NCBI RefSeq assembly: GCF_001194135.2
Contig: NC_068990.1
Span: forward strand, 88,822,698 to 88,886,697
Length of the DNA: 64,000 nucleotides
Origin: Octopus bimaculoides
Taxonomy: Eukaryota
Direction: 5' to 3'
Shown: positions 1 to 13,205 of the stretch, piece after piece
Layout of the letters: each line of letters opens with the position of its first letter
Position numbering within the stretch: position 1 is the first letter of the stretch
Position numbers and translations under genes: made by a program
Notes under the pieces: generated by a model
What the model was told of the DNA's origin: nothing
Databases searched by the model: none
The model's input: only the letters and a program-made list of their open reading frames with translations

Positions 1-800
1 AAAGGGTATTACTTCAAGCGTGTCGAGTGACGACCTGGAGGCTTTCTCGTTTACATGGTTTGCGGGTATTATCAGAGAAATAAAACTTGAGAGTCTATAT
101 TTATATCTGTCTATTTTGCCGTTTCATTTGTGCATTCTTGTAATGGCTAGTCTATCACCTTGCAGTGTAAATATCTTCCCAGCTATCTTCTTGACTTGCT
201 CATAATCTATGTCTTTTATATGACAATCATCCTATATCTGTTTATCAAATAATACGTCTGTATATTTTATAATCTTGGTATTTACTATTTATCTAGTATC
301 ATGTAATGAATCTTTCTGTTTGTCTGTCTGTCTGTCTGTCCATCCATCCATCCATTCACGTATCAAGCTATCTATCTTATATCCACGAATCAATCTATTT
401 GTCTTCATGCCTGCCTACCTAATATATGTATAATGCCATATAATGTATAAACCCTCATATATTGTGTTTGTTAATTACATAGAAAATTTTATTGCAATGT
501 GCGTGTGTGAATGGATGATTTATATGAATTCTGTATTGTCTTTTGCATATTACAATTTATGTAGATATCTGTATTTTGTCTTCGTCGTCGTCTTAAATGT
601 TTAGTATTTGTGTTGCCTATCCCACTCCAAAAATTAAAAATGCATATTATAAAGAAACAAATTATTGTCGAAATTGACTTAGTCTTTCAAATTTCTGATG
701 CTTTATAAAAAAAAATCCCAGTCATACGCTGGGGTCGATTAAATCGACGATGCTTTTCCTCTAGAATGTGTAGCCTTATACCAATCACAACTCCTTAATA
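1..800. promoter_or_regulatory. CpG-retaining region, probably promoter-proximal (5' end of CACHD1 at or just left of the window edge)
   Basis: Many CG dinucleotides (cgtgtcgagtgacgac, ttcgtcgtcgtc); a SINE copy here keeps ggtcgattaaatcgac while copies deeper in the gene show TG/CA decay. Confidence 0.4.
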
Positions 801-904
801 AAATCTGTGCTAGCATGCCTGTATGTGTAAAATAGTTTTATTAGGTCAAAGACGACCCCTAAAGTAGGTTAATAGATTTGAGCTAACTTACAATAGGGGT
901 AAAA

Positions 905-1190
905 CGTTACTCGCTGCTGTTGCTACTATTACTACTACTACTGTTACTACAGCTATTGTTAATATTGTTAATGGTGGTACTACTACAAATAATATTACAA
1001 CTAGTACCGATACTACTTACTGATGTTTCTATTTACTGTAGCTGCGTCTACTACTGTTTTTACTATTGTACTACTTCTACTGTTTTTATTGTTACTATTA
1101 TTACTACTCTTGATCTATTACAAAAACAAGAACCACTACTACTGTTGCATGTATTTACAATTACCATTACTACCACCAATACTACTACTT
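905..1190. repeat. Degenerate (ACT/TAC)n low-complexity tract
   Basis: Runs of tactactact; source of spurious Leu/Thr-rich ORFs. Confidence 0.8.
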
Positions 1191-1401
1191 GTTAAGTTTC
1201 TATAATGCTCTTGGGAAACGTTTGGACATCATAACTTCCCCAGTAGTAAACATGCAGTGTTTCTGTGTAAAAAGATTATTATTTATTTGTTTTAAACGTT
1301 TAAATTCATATTTGTGTGAGTTGGTACAAATTTACCAAATTTACTTCTTGTTGATAAAAATCCTTGGGTTTGATCTCACTGATTGGCAGAACAATTGTCT
1401 C

Positions 1402-1517
1402 TTAACTTCATTGAGGCTGTGTGAGTGAAAATGATTGATGAATCTGCAAGGAAGCCTGTTAGCTTCATTGAAGCTGTGTAAGTGAAAATGATTGATGAAA
1501 CTGCAAGGAAGCCTGTT
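1402..1517. repeat. 57-bp tandem duplication (2 copies)
   Basis: ttaacttcattgaggctgtgtgagtgaaaatgattgatgaatctgcaaggaagcctg repeated with 4 substitutions. Confidence 0.95.
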
Positions 1518-2226
1518 GGATAGTGGTGTCCATAACTCGATGCCAACCTTGTCTCACGCACTGCATGCTGATCCTACCATGAGAATTATATTAGGTTACA
1601 CGTGTCTTTGGAATACTCAGCCACAAATAATTCATTGAGTAACTAGTTCAGTTGAAATCAACAGAAGATCCATTTAGTTGTAAGCACGTATATACATACA
1701 CGTTATATATGTACATGCAGACTGAATATTTATGAGTGCAAACACGTCCGTGTTTATTGATATAGTAACACATCAAAGAGGACTGTGCTATTCTGCTGCT
1801 GACAATCTCTCTGGTACCAGTAGCATGATAAAATATGTACAGTCTATGTTGTAAAGTGGTTGATGATAGGGAGGGCATTCACCAGTATATACCAAAATAT
1901 AACCTACACCACCATAGAAATGGTTGATTTTTCCTGTTGGTGTTTGTGTCAAATGATAAAGGACCATGAGTAGTATATTAGCATATAAAAAGGTCATGGC
2001 ATCCTCCATCTAATAAAAAAAATTTGGCTGTGGTTGCTTGACCTGCTAGAAATAGCAACCAAACTATCCTGGGAGTTGAAAAATAGAGCACATTAAATAA
2101 TGCAGTGTGAGTACACTATATTTGGGGTGGGGGAAAGGAAAAAGCTAGATGGTCATGGAATACAGTTGATCATAAGTTTGCTCAATCAGCCCAATCTAGG
2201 TGTAAATGACAAATACTTATGTATCA

Positions 2227-2236
2227 NNNNNNNNNN

Positions 2237-2282
<46 letters not shown>
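2227..2282. other. Assembly gap (10 N) followed by (TA)n
   Basis: Ns in sequence; other gaps at 33734-33743, 42983-42992 and ~43834-43922. Confidence 0.99.
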
Positions 2283-2285
<3 letters not shown>

Positions 2286-5200
2286 GGTGGGGGTTGTAAT
2301 GTATATATGCAAATATACAAAGAGTCAACCAAATTGCCTTAGAGTATTTAGTAAGAAACCAACTTGTAAATATAGCATGACCAGCTAGATTTCAGTTTCA
2401 ACTGATAAATTAACTTGTCTTGATGTTTCATGGTTTAATTTGTCAGAGAAGTGGTGGTTGTGGTGATCAGAGAATTGAAAGTTAAGCTGGTGTTGTTCAC
2501 ACTTCTATCATAGTTTTAACTTGTAAACTAAATAAACACTAATGGGTTTTACAGTGGTGAACAATTTCACCTCTGTTACCACAGTATCACTACAGCATGG
2601 CTTATAAATAAATATGAATTCAGAGTGCCATGTAAAAAGCACCCATACTGGTGCCAAGTAAAAGCACTTGTGCTGGTGCTATGTAGAAGCACCCGATACA
2701 CTCCGTGTAGTGGTTTGTGTTAGAAACCATGTCAAAAGCAAGCATGGAACTTCGGCACCTCTTCAGCTGGCCAGCTCCTGTCAGACTGTCACCAAGTCTG
2801 ACCTTTTTCCAAGTAATGTAATATTTCTCCATGACCATATATGTTTTCATGGAACATTGGAAATGGACACCACTTGCATGATGGTAACACTCACAACAAA
2901 CACATGTTGATTTGGCAAGGACACACTAACACCCCACCACCACCACCACCAATGTACACATGTAGACAGTCTTTTCTTCAGTTTCTATCCACCAAATCCA
3001 TTCTCAAGGTTGTGATCAGCCTGGAGCTATAGTCAAAGACACTGGCCTAAAGTACCATGCAATGAGACTGAAGCAAATTTCTTACCATGCAGCCTACTTT
3101 ATATACATATATATATATATATATATATTTTAGTCCATCTATATTGTATTCTTGATGAAGACACTCATCTAACAATAGGATGGTACTGTAGTTGGCATAG
3201 TTACCATAGTTTGGACTTGACAAAGTACACTTCTGGAATTCTTAGATGCAACAGGGCACTAAATTATGGAATGACAGTAAGCAGGGACAGCACTGCAAAA
3301 TTAATGAGTACTTCATTAGCTCACAGTACTAGGTTCACATTATCCTGTGGAGTTTGGCTGTAGATGCAAGTACTATCAGCTCAGTGGCTCAGTTCTACAG
3401 CATTGTCTATTTCAGTGGACTATGTGAATGTCAAGAGCCCTGACTAGACTAAGGAGCCATTTCTGTAATCTGATTTGTTGCAGCTATTTTGCTTCAGTTA
3501 TGTTCCTAAATCCCTTAGAAAAAGGGCTGAATGCCACAACCTCACATAAATCTGTTTGTATTTCTCATAAGAGTAATGTGCCATCTTTGAAATTTAGCTT
3601 CTCAGAGGGTATTTAGTTGGACCATACTATTGTTTACTCTCCAACTATGATGGGGTTTATTTGTATTTGGCATGTTGTCTTAGGGATTAGAGCTACTAAC
3701 ATGTGTTCTGAACAGAAAATGCTGCTATTAACATATGTTCAAAGCTTCAAATGCTGCAGGTAATACATTTTTCAAGTATCAAACATTGCAGATATTTGTT
3801 TTGGGGGAATATTTTAGCTGCTGTATCTCTCTTAAGCTTTGCTTACCTTTCTTTTTCTTATTTTCACTGACTCACCAGGCACTAATTCTGTCATTTATGT
3901 TGCTTTTTCTTTTGGTTTTCTTTTTTGGGGTTTGAAGTAGTCCATATTAAAAGAACAATGGATTGTCAAAATCTCTAGAACATCAGAAAAAGTCCTTTGT
4001 GCATTTTAAACTTTTAGTGAGGAGGAAAAGCAGTGTCTGTGACTTGTTACAGGGCCTCTGAGACTGGTTGGAGGGAGGGAGAATGGTATCCTGAAATTTG
4101 TGCCTCTGAAGGGACCTTCCTAGGTGCAATCCCATGGTCATTTGTGACCATAGGGAGTCTTTAATATATATTTCATCATTATCATTATTTAACATCTGTT
4201 TTCCATGCTGGCATAGTTTGAATGGTTTGACAGGAACTGGCAAGTCAGAAGACTATTCTAATCCCTGCTGTCTACTTTGGCATGGTTCCTATGGCTGGCT
4301 GCCCTTCCTAATACCAATTACTTTAAAGATCTTACTGGATGCTTTTTATGTAGCACCAGCAATAGTGAGATCACCAAGTAACTTGCAAGAGATGACCTCA
4401 ATTGTTGGGGTGAATGGTATTGAGGGACAGAAAAAAAGCCCTGCATTAGAGGGGAAACATGGCTACCTAACATGGGAATAGAGTTCGAAGAGGGTAAAGA
4501 TGTGACGGGTGGGGTGGGGGTGGCTAACGAAATTGTGAAAGGAGAGTGGTAAATGGAGGAAAGGATGTAACAAGTAGTGGGAGGGGTATATGTATTTGCA
4601 TTATATATATGTTTCATTGGAGTATATAAACTCATTTGATTAAACATGTGAAATAAAGGGGTGGTTAAGATCAGGAGTTCATATCAGCTGCAGGCATATA
4701 TTTTGATGTGTGTAAGAGCACTTTATTCTATACAGCCTCAGTCTATTTACTTGATAGTTTGGGAATATTTTTTGAAAGAGACTGACAGAAGTACATATAC
4801 CTCTCATCATCTACAATTAGTCACTAGTGTTTACATTACATTTATTATCCCTTACTAACAGAATTTATCCAAAACTAGATTTTTTTTTCTTTATCTTTTG
4901 GTGTTTTGAAACCTTCCTTTCTTTCCTCCTTATTTGCATTTTTTTTCTCAAATTTTTATTGGGAATAAAATTTCTTTCACTTTGTAATCTCTCTTTAACC
5001 CTTGATAAAAACTCCTCTATTTCTTAACATCCTACTTATATTTGTATATTATATTTTAATACTATCAGTATAAAACAGCAGCAGTAGTAATGGTGGTAGG
5101 AGTAGGAGTAGTAAAACAAACCTCAAGCAAACTAGTTATTTGGATATAAAAGCTAAATGCATGAGAAGTAGGTTGTTCACATCAAAGAATTTTGTTCTTA

Positions 5201-6049
5201 ACAATCTGTGACCAGTTTTCATATTCTGAAACTACTGGATAAATGGTGAATACTCTTTGATCTATCCGCTCATTTCCTTTTCTTTGAAATCTTCTGAAAG
5301 CCATATTATATGTTATTTCCTTTGAAAATTATCGCTCTTGTATGAAATATTCATCAGTCTATAACAGTTTACTAACAATCCTGTTGTTTGAGCTTGTAGT
5401 TTATCCTTTTCTTTCTCATCATCATCATCATCTGAGAAAAATGACTTTTGGTGTTGAGATGCTGTGAGCAAGCCTGGACTTGGCAAATACATTTTTCCTT
5501 TGTAATTTGAAAGACTGCAATTTATATATTAATATAGAATAAAAGATTTGTATGTTTGTGTGTTCACATACACTTTTTATCTTTTATTGATTTCTATGAA
5601 ATTGGACAGCGTTTGTTCTTAGGCAATGCCTACAAGGGTTTACATGATCATGCTGAACTCGGTACTTATTATGGTGTGGTATTTTATCAATAGTTTTATT
5701 TAACGATTATTTTATTGCTATCTATTTGTTGAACCATTAAATTACAGAATATAAATAGACAACATAAAATACACTGGTTTTTAGACAGTAAACGTAAACA
5801 CAAATATGAACACAGACACAATACATGTCTATACGGCAGGGTTCTGAATAGTTTTGTCTTCACAAAATGTTGGTCAATCCAAGGCTATAGTGTAAGTCAT
5901 ATGTCCACTATACCATTTATTTGGATGGAATCCATGCAGTTAGAAAGTGTACTTCTTAAGCTATCAGCCATGTCTGGATTGATGCATTGTTCATTCATTT
6001 GCCAAAGTACATGTTACTACTGCTGGAGAAACTCCTTTCTCAACTCTGC

Positions 6050-6240
6050 CCAGGATCGGCTGAAAAGTTTGTAGGGTGACCAAGATACTCTCATGGAATG
6101 TGACCAAATGAAGTTTATTTTTCAACAGTCAACTTTACGGTCCACACACTTACATCGGTGTTGCAGTGCTTGAATCCCATTCTTGAAGAAGCTTCCATCC
6201 TGTTGGTCAAAAAAAAAAGTCATCAACAGCAAATATAACA
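6050..6240. mobile_element. Tc1/mariner-derived non-autonomous fragment
   Basis: ctgaaaagtt...ggtccacacactt..catcggtgttgcagtgcttg resembles recalled mariner terminal sequence; ends not resolved. Confidence 0.4.
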
Positions 6241-6779
6241 CCATCATCATTTAAATATAATATTTAAGCAATGTGTTCGTGAATGGTTAATGGATGGTTA
6301 AAAGAAAATCTGTAGATAACTTTAAAATGTAATTGAGTTGCACTGCTGATACTGTAATGTATGTATGTTATACATGTGTATGTATATGCATTGCTATCCA
6401 GTGCCCCCCCCTCCACTCTATACACCCAGTTTTTCACCACTCACTATATTCCCTTCCCCCACTCACGCTTTTTGGGCAATGCCCTGCCACTTATATTATG
6501 ACCCTCATACCTCAAGGGTATACCCTAGCACCTGCCACCATCTATCTCTCTTACTTGACCATCCCATTTATAGTCTGATCACTATCCCCACCATCTCTCT
6601 CCTACTCTCTTGTACTCCTGCTGTTTCCCCACTCTCTCTCCTCTTACTCTTTCCTCAGGTTGGGTAACCATGTATCTCCTTTACGCCTGTTTCTGTCTCA
6701 CTATAACCTTTCATCATCTAAAAGAGATCCTGTCCCCTAGTGCCCCCTCACTTCTCAAAGGATCTTTGTCTTGCAAGGA

Positions 6780-6920
6780 ACTTGGTGACCCTGCCAGTGC
6801 TGGTGCCACTTAAAAAGCATCTAGTCCACACTGTAAAGTGATTGGTGTTAGGAAGGGTATCCAGCTATAGAAGCCCTGCCAAAACAGGCATGGAAGGCAG
6901 ACGTTAAACAATGATGGTGT
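6780..6920 (+). mobile_element. SINE family A copy, diverged
   Basis: ttggtgttaggaagggtatccagctatagaa...gcagacgttaaacaatgatg. Confidence 0.7.
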
Positions 6921-8789
6921 GTGTGTATATGTATGTGTGTCTGTGTGTGTCTATATATGTGTGTATGTTTGTGTGTGTGTGTATATGTATATTCTCATTA
7001 AATCCTACCCTATAAGCTAGTTAGTTATTGGTTAAATCAAGCAAAATCTAAGTTAAGAAGTTGTTTCTTAAAGTTGGCTTTCTCTGCTATCTTTGAATGT
7101 CAGTATTGTGGAGGTGACTATTCAGGCTGTGCTAGGTGAACACCTCACACCCAGCAAAGATGGTAAATTCATCATAAATATTAAGTTCACACAGTTAATA
7201 TAATCTCGGATCATAACAGGAAACTAACTTTTCTGTTTACTGTTTGTGAAATAGTGTGCAAGTTGTTTTTCAGATAGCACTGTAGCCACAGCTATCTGAT
7301 ATTACTGGGCATATGGCAAGATAAAGGGTGAGTTATAAAAATAAGGACTGAAGGCAAGCAGCATTTCACTAGCATATATCCTCTTTATTGATTTTGCATA
7401 TTTCATTTGAACAAGACTTACAGATAAAAGTACTCAATACTTCAGTGAGTAGTGTGCCATATTCTATTTTTTAAGTTACTTGTTTCAGTTCTCAGATTTA
7501 GACTAGCTTTCAAATCTGGAAACTGAAATGAAATTTTGTAAACAAGTAACCTAATGTGTGTGGTTGTGTGATAAGTTTGCTTCCAATCACATAGTTCTGG
7601 GTACAGTTCTACTGCTTGGCACCTTGGGCAAATGTTTTTTATTATAGCCCTGGGCCAACCAAATCTTTATGAATAGATTTGATTGATGGAAACTGAAAGA
7701 AGGCTGTCCAGGGAGGTAGATTAGATTGGCACAATTAACAGAGCAATGCCTGAGGTATCTTGCAGTATCTGTTCTAGCTCTTGGTTTTCTGACAGCAACA
7801 TTTGCAAGAATATTGGTGCTAAGCTATATTGGCACCAGTGTTGTTGGTAGCAGGTTAGTCTTTCCCTTGGAGTGGAGAAAGGAGTCTGGCATGCATGGGC
7901 AACTTCCAGTCTTCAACCAATGGGGGCTCTAGCAGAGACAAGCAGTGAACAGAAAAACAGCTCAAAGAAGCTATGGCTGCTATTTTTTTAGCAGGTTGAG
8001 TATCCATGTTGAGCAGGCTGGGGAACTCCTTGCCTGCAGGTAACACCTTTCCTACATTAAAATTTGGAACTGTCTATTAAGGATATCTCTAATAAACCCA
8101 CATGAAAGGAAACAGTTTAAGCTTTCAGGTCAAAACAGAAATTTAATATAACTTGTGAACATAAACAGTTATGTCTCTCAGTACAGATGCCTCATTTAGA
8201 ATTTACCCCTGGTACTAAAAAGGCTCTCCACTTTTGATGGAGAGGGTCTCGTTTTTTGAGGTTGCTCTCTTCTAGTTTATAATGTGGATATAGACAAAAG
8301 CACACTATAAGTGAATATAAAGCACAATTTCCCTATAAAACTTTATGCATACCTCTTGTGATTCAAATCTCAGCTTGATGTATAAACAAACATATGGAAC
8401 TAATTAATGTTTATTGTCTGAGATGTTTCTGGAATAGTGATGTAGGAAACCCCACCTTTAATTTCTCTTATTTTAGCTGTTTTCCCAGTTGAAAAAAGTA
8501 TTCAAAGAACATTTTATGGGGTTATGTGGCAAGGGAGGGATGGTGTCTGATTGTTCTGTAAATTCATTAACAGATTGTAAAACATTATCTTAAAACATTT
8601 ATAATTCTAATTAAATGCTTCAGAATGTTTTTTTTTTTATTTGAAAACATTGCCAAGGAATTTGTATCTTCGTTTCCTCTGGCTTATATTTTAAACACAG
8701 TTTGGAAAAATAACTTTACTTGTTTTTGCTTATAAGTTACTTGTATATTGAAAAATTCAGTGTCACTTGCTTAAGTATCTGAATTGCTA

Positions 8790-9320
8790 TGCTGGAAACC
8801 CTTCTGTACCATCAGTAGGTATCTCAAGGTCACAAGCGTTTTGCCTCTTAGTCTGTATGTTTCACCTGAATGAGGCTGTGAAGACTGAACTAGTCTTCAA
8901 CTACAGAAGGATTCTACTTGCTGTCTTAGATAGCCACCTTGAGCTACTTTCAGCTGCTGTGCCTATCTCCTTGATAACTTTCTTCAGTTGTCTGGGTTCC
9001 AGACCTATCTTCTGTAGGAAATAGCACGCTGAACAGCTTGGAAAGCTGCAGCAACTGACTTCAATGGGTAATGAGGCCACATGCCCTCCCTTGATAAGAG
9101 CCTCATCAACTATTTCCTGATATTTTTTCTTTACTTGATTGGAAGTATCAAGTCTGTCATCCCAAGACACTGAGTTCAGCCACGATGATGTTTTTGTATT
9201 CCTGGAGATTGATAAGTACCAGTTGAATATTGTGCTTGATAGAATTGGCCATAATCTCCACACAACATCTGGTCATTGGTCATTGTTAGAAATCAGTATT
9301 CCATCTCGTCCTTGTATATT
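8790..9320 (-). mobile_element. Degenerate non-LTR retrotransposon C-terminal restriction-like endonuclease domain (HERO-like/R2 group)
   Basis: Across frameshifts: (R)PDVV...KNIIVAELSV-WDD...KKKYQEIVDEALIKGGHVASLPIEV...LQKIG...AAESSSRWL, matching recalled RPD/ELTVPWE/KY/PVEVG/AExxSxW RLE motifs. Confidence 0.75.
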
Positions 9321-9594
9321 GTAAGTTTAAACTTTCTAAAATGTGGCAGTTGGATATATTCCAAAATTTCTTTAAAGGATACAAAATGTAAACAAAATTA
9401 AGTATATCCTTTCCACTTACTACAAGCTCTTCTGTTGGCCGTTCCTGTTTTGCCCTTCAGCGCTAACAAACAGGATTATTATTTGATGTCTCTTGTTTGT
9501 TTTGACTTCTTAGAATCTAATGTTGGCAGATGTCTATCATCTGAAGTAACGCAGTCATTTCACTGACTTTTTTCACTGGAATAGTTTTACCATA

Positions 9595-9617
9595 CTCTCT
9601 CTCTTTCCCTCTCTCGT

Positions 9618-9692
<75 letters not shown>
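9595..9692. repeat. (CT)n microsatellite
   Basis: Direct read. Confidence 0.95.
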
Positions 9693-9693
<1 letters not shown>

Positions 9694-11156
9694 GTACATA
9701 CATGCAAAATGACTTGGACTATAAACTGCTCAACTATATATTTAGAAGCAAGATGGCTGAAAGAATGAGTGAGTGAGATTGTGGTTTACCTTCAAATAGA
9801 GCATGAATTTAAATCCACTTCAAGAATGCTTTATTCTACATTACCTCAGTTCAGAGTAAATCTTAATGCCATGTTACTCTCTTGGAACTGAGGTAAGATT
9901 TGTTTTTAATTAATAAATGAAATAGGTATGTCAGCAACTGGTAACTAGTTAAATGGGATGTAGTGGAGTTGATTATTTCTTTTTGTTTTGTTTTTTTATC
10001 AAGCAATCTTTCTAGCTGTTGTGTTGACAATAGAAGGAGCATGAATTTTTTGTCAAGAATGATGAGTTACATTTAATTGATAGATTCTGTAGTATAAGTG
10101 AAAAATCAAGGGAAATGCAATAATAAAACTTTGTTGTGTGGCTTTTTATTCCCTTTCTAGACCCATTGTCATCATCAGTGTAGAAACATGTTTTCCTTTG
10201 CTAGCATTAGTGTGGCATCTCACCATTGTTATTGATCTAGTGTTACCTCATCTGTGAGGCCCAATATTCAGAAATCTGACCTTACTACTTCTTCCCATTT
10301 TTCTGTCTTTGCAAACCACAATTATCTCTCCCAGTTATCATACCCATTTTGATAGCATTTTTGTAGGGTTTAGTTTTGTTTCACTCCAAGTTCATCCTGC
10401 AGAGGTAACTTTGCCTATTATCTTCCAGAGGCTGATTGCATAAATACTAGTAATATAATGTGGTGATTTTAATTGACATAGTATTCATTTTTCCTTTAAA
10501 AACAAGTCAATATTTTTAAAACTGTCATATCATCTTTAGATTTACTTGTGTACATTTCTAACAATATGCATTTGATAACTCTATTCTAAGCTGTTATTTT
10601 AACAGTTGTGCAAAGATAGAAAAATGATTTTGTTATCTGATGGGATATGAAAAGTTATTGAAAGCGAAAAGTGTCAAGTGGCTCAATGAAGCACATAAAT
10701 TATAATTGATACGGTGATGATGATAACCCTTTCATTACTCTATGTTAAAAAGAGGCTATTTTAAAACAATATTAAGAATAACAATGGGATATTTACTGAT
10801 GGATGACTATACTGAGAGTAGTCAAATTTATTATTACGATCCAAGTTCACTTGGACTTCACAATTATCAATTCATTTTTTCCCCACTGATCTTTGAAAAA
10901 GATATTGCAAATGAAAGATTTTTAACTAACCTTATTATTAGTATATTGAAAGATTTAAGGAGATAAATAACCCAAAGGAAAATTAGTCAGATTTGAAGAG
11001 GAAGAGATAGATAGAAAAAGAGAATTGTGGTAGTAAAAAAAGAGTGGTCATTGGAGAAAGAAATAATGAGAGAGAGAGAAAAGGAGAGTGAGAGGGGTCT
11101 GTGTGATGGTGGTGGCAGAGAAAAAAACAGGACAAAGAAGAAATGGTCTGTTAAGC

Positions 11157-11211
11157 AGATTTGTGGCAATGTGGGAAAACATTAAATGTTTTCCCACATT
11201 GCCACAAATCT
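11157..11211. repeat. Perfect 27-bp palindrome with 1-nt spacer
   Basis: agatttgtggcaatgtgggaaaacatt-a-aatgttttcccacattgccacaaatct. Confidence 0.97.
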
Positions 11212-11296
11212 TTGATGCCAAAGCCTTAGATGTTCTCTTTGTAATAAATTCAAAGTTCCAAAGGGAATTTTACCAACTTAGGCATAATTAGTGCAT

Positions 11297-11361
11297 GAGA
11301 GAGAGAGAGAGGGAGAGAGAGAGAGAGAGGGAAAGAGAGAGAGAGGGAGAGGGAGAGAGAG
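11297..11361. repeat. (GA)n microsatellite
   Basis: Direct read. Confidence 0.95.
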
Positions 11362-12423
11362 GTGTAGAGTAGAAGATAGATTGTGAGTAGAAGGATTATG
11401 TTATTCAGTATTTGTTAGTTACAATCAACTTTTCATGTTTGATAATCCTCAGTTCTAAACTACCAGCTGAACTTGATGAAATACATCAATAAGACCTGTG
11501 TGTTTTCTTAGCATTATCTTTCTCTCACTGAAAAACCCTGTGGTGTCCCACTTTCTGTTCTTTGCACTTGCAGTGAACCACATCATCTTTGTACTAAGGC
11601 TTTATCTGCTTTTGGTGAAGCAATGAACGAAACATTTTACTGTATTTACTGACATCTTGTGTTTGCTACTAGGGGCTGTCTTACTCAGAGATGCAGTGAA
11701 TTGTCTGCACCAGATTTGAAATCATAACCTATGGGTAGGCTATCTATTACCAAATCCACACAGTCAATTTTTTTTTTTTTTAATATTGACTAAAATAGTA
11801 TTAACACTTGATTAAAGAGCATATAAATCCACTTGCAGTTATACAACTGTAAATTACATAATAATAATAATAATAATAATATAACAAATAAATAAGTAAG
11901 ATGCCTGGGTATTTAGTTTCTTTTACATTTGATTTCGAATCTCACAGGAATAAACTTTGTTCCGCTTCTCAGGCAGTGCTGTTGTGGCAGCTCACAAAAT
12001 CTTTGACTGTAACTCCTGTATTTGTACTAATAATATATTTCTTATATTAATTGGAAGACCACAACATACATATACAGTTCAAATCATCATGTTACTTTTT
12101 AGTACTTTAACTTTTGATAATGTTTCATTTTAAAAGCTCTGCAATTGGGTCTTTTGTAGATATTATTTATTGAAGAAGTTGCTTATGATTAAGCTTCGGA
12201 TAAAACTTTAAAAAATTAAAAAGAACTTGTAAGTAATAAGGTGTGATTTTGAGGGGGAGTTGGTTGCTAATTCTAACCTGTCAATGACTACTTAGTTCTG
12301 TAATTGGCTCCATTTGTTTTTGGATTTGAGTATTTATCCCCAAAATATGTAATTTTGTTATTCCATTTCATTGTTGGCATTTGCTGCCTTTGTAAAAAAA
12401 AATGTATTAACGTCATGATCTTA

Positions 12424-13162
12424 ATAATCCTTTCTACTATAGGCAAAGCTTGAAATTTTCGGGGAGGAGGTTTAAGTTGATTACATTGGCTCCACTACTT
12501 GACTGGTACTTATTTAATTGATGCCAATAGGATGAAAGGCAAAGTTGACCTTGGTGGCATTTGAACTAAGAATGTAAAGCTGGAAGAAATGTCATCCAGC
12601 ATGTTAATGATTATGCCAGCTCACTGCCTTGATGATGATGACGATGATGACAATTTCAAATTTTGGTGCAAGGCCGGTAATTTTGAAGAAGTGAGTAAGT
12701 TGGTTACATCAGCCCCTGTGCTCAACTGGTTCTTATTTTATCAACCCTGAAAGGATGAAAAGTCAATCTCAGCAGAATTTGGACTCAAAGTGTAAAGACC
12801 AATGAAATGCCACCAAGCATTTTGCCCATTGTAACAATTCTGCCAGCTTGCTGTAATAATAATAATAATTATAATTAATAACTCTTTCTGCTATAGGCAT
12901 AAGGCTTGAAATTTTTGTGCAGGGAGCTAGTTGATTAGGCTAGTCTATTAGTGCTCAACTGGTAATTATTTTATTGACTCCCAAAGGCAGTTGACCTTGG
13001 CAGCATTTGAACTCAGAACATAAAGCCAAAAGAAATAACTACCTGTCATTTACGAGTGTTAAATAAACAGTTATACACGGGTTGATATAATCGACTTATC
13101 CCCTCCCCACAAATTTCAGGCCTTGTACCTTTAGTAGAAAGGATTATTATTAATCATTATTA

Positions 13163-13205
<43 letters not shown>

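Noticed and set aside
20-205. ORF at the window start as a possible first coding exon
   Set aside because: No signal-peptide character, no convincing similarity, and no phase-0 donor.
7700-8060. GC-richer segment with 60-70 aa ORFs on both strands
   Set aside because: No recognisable protein motif or splice-compatible phase; probably an old repeat.
8800-8866. Hammerhead-like words (GAAAC/CAAAAC ... CTGATGG) in the HERO-like 3' region, minus strand
   Set aside because: Core motifs are mutated, and no convincing stems or cleavage triplet are present.
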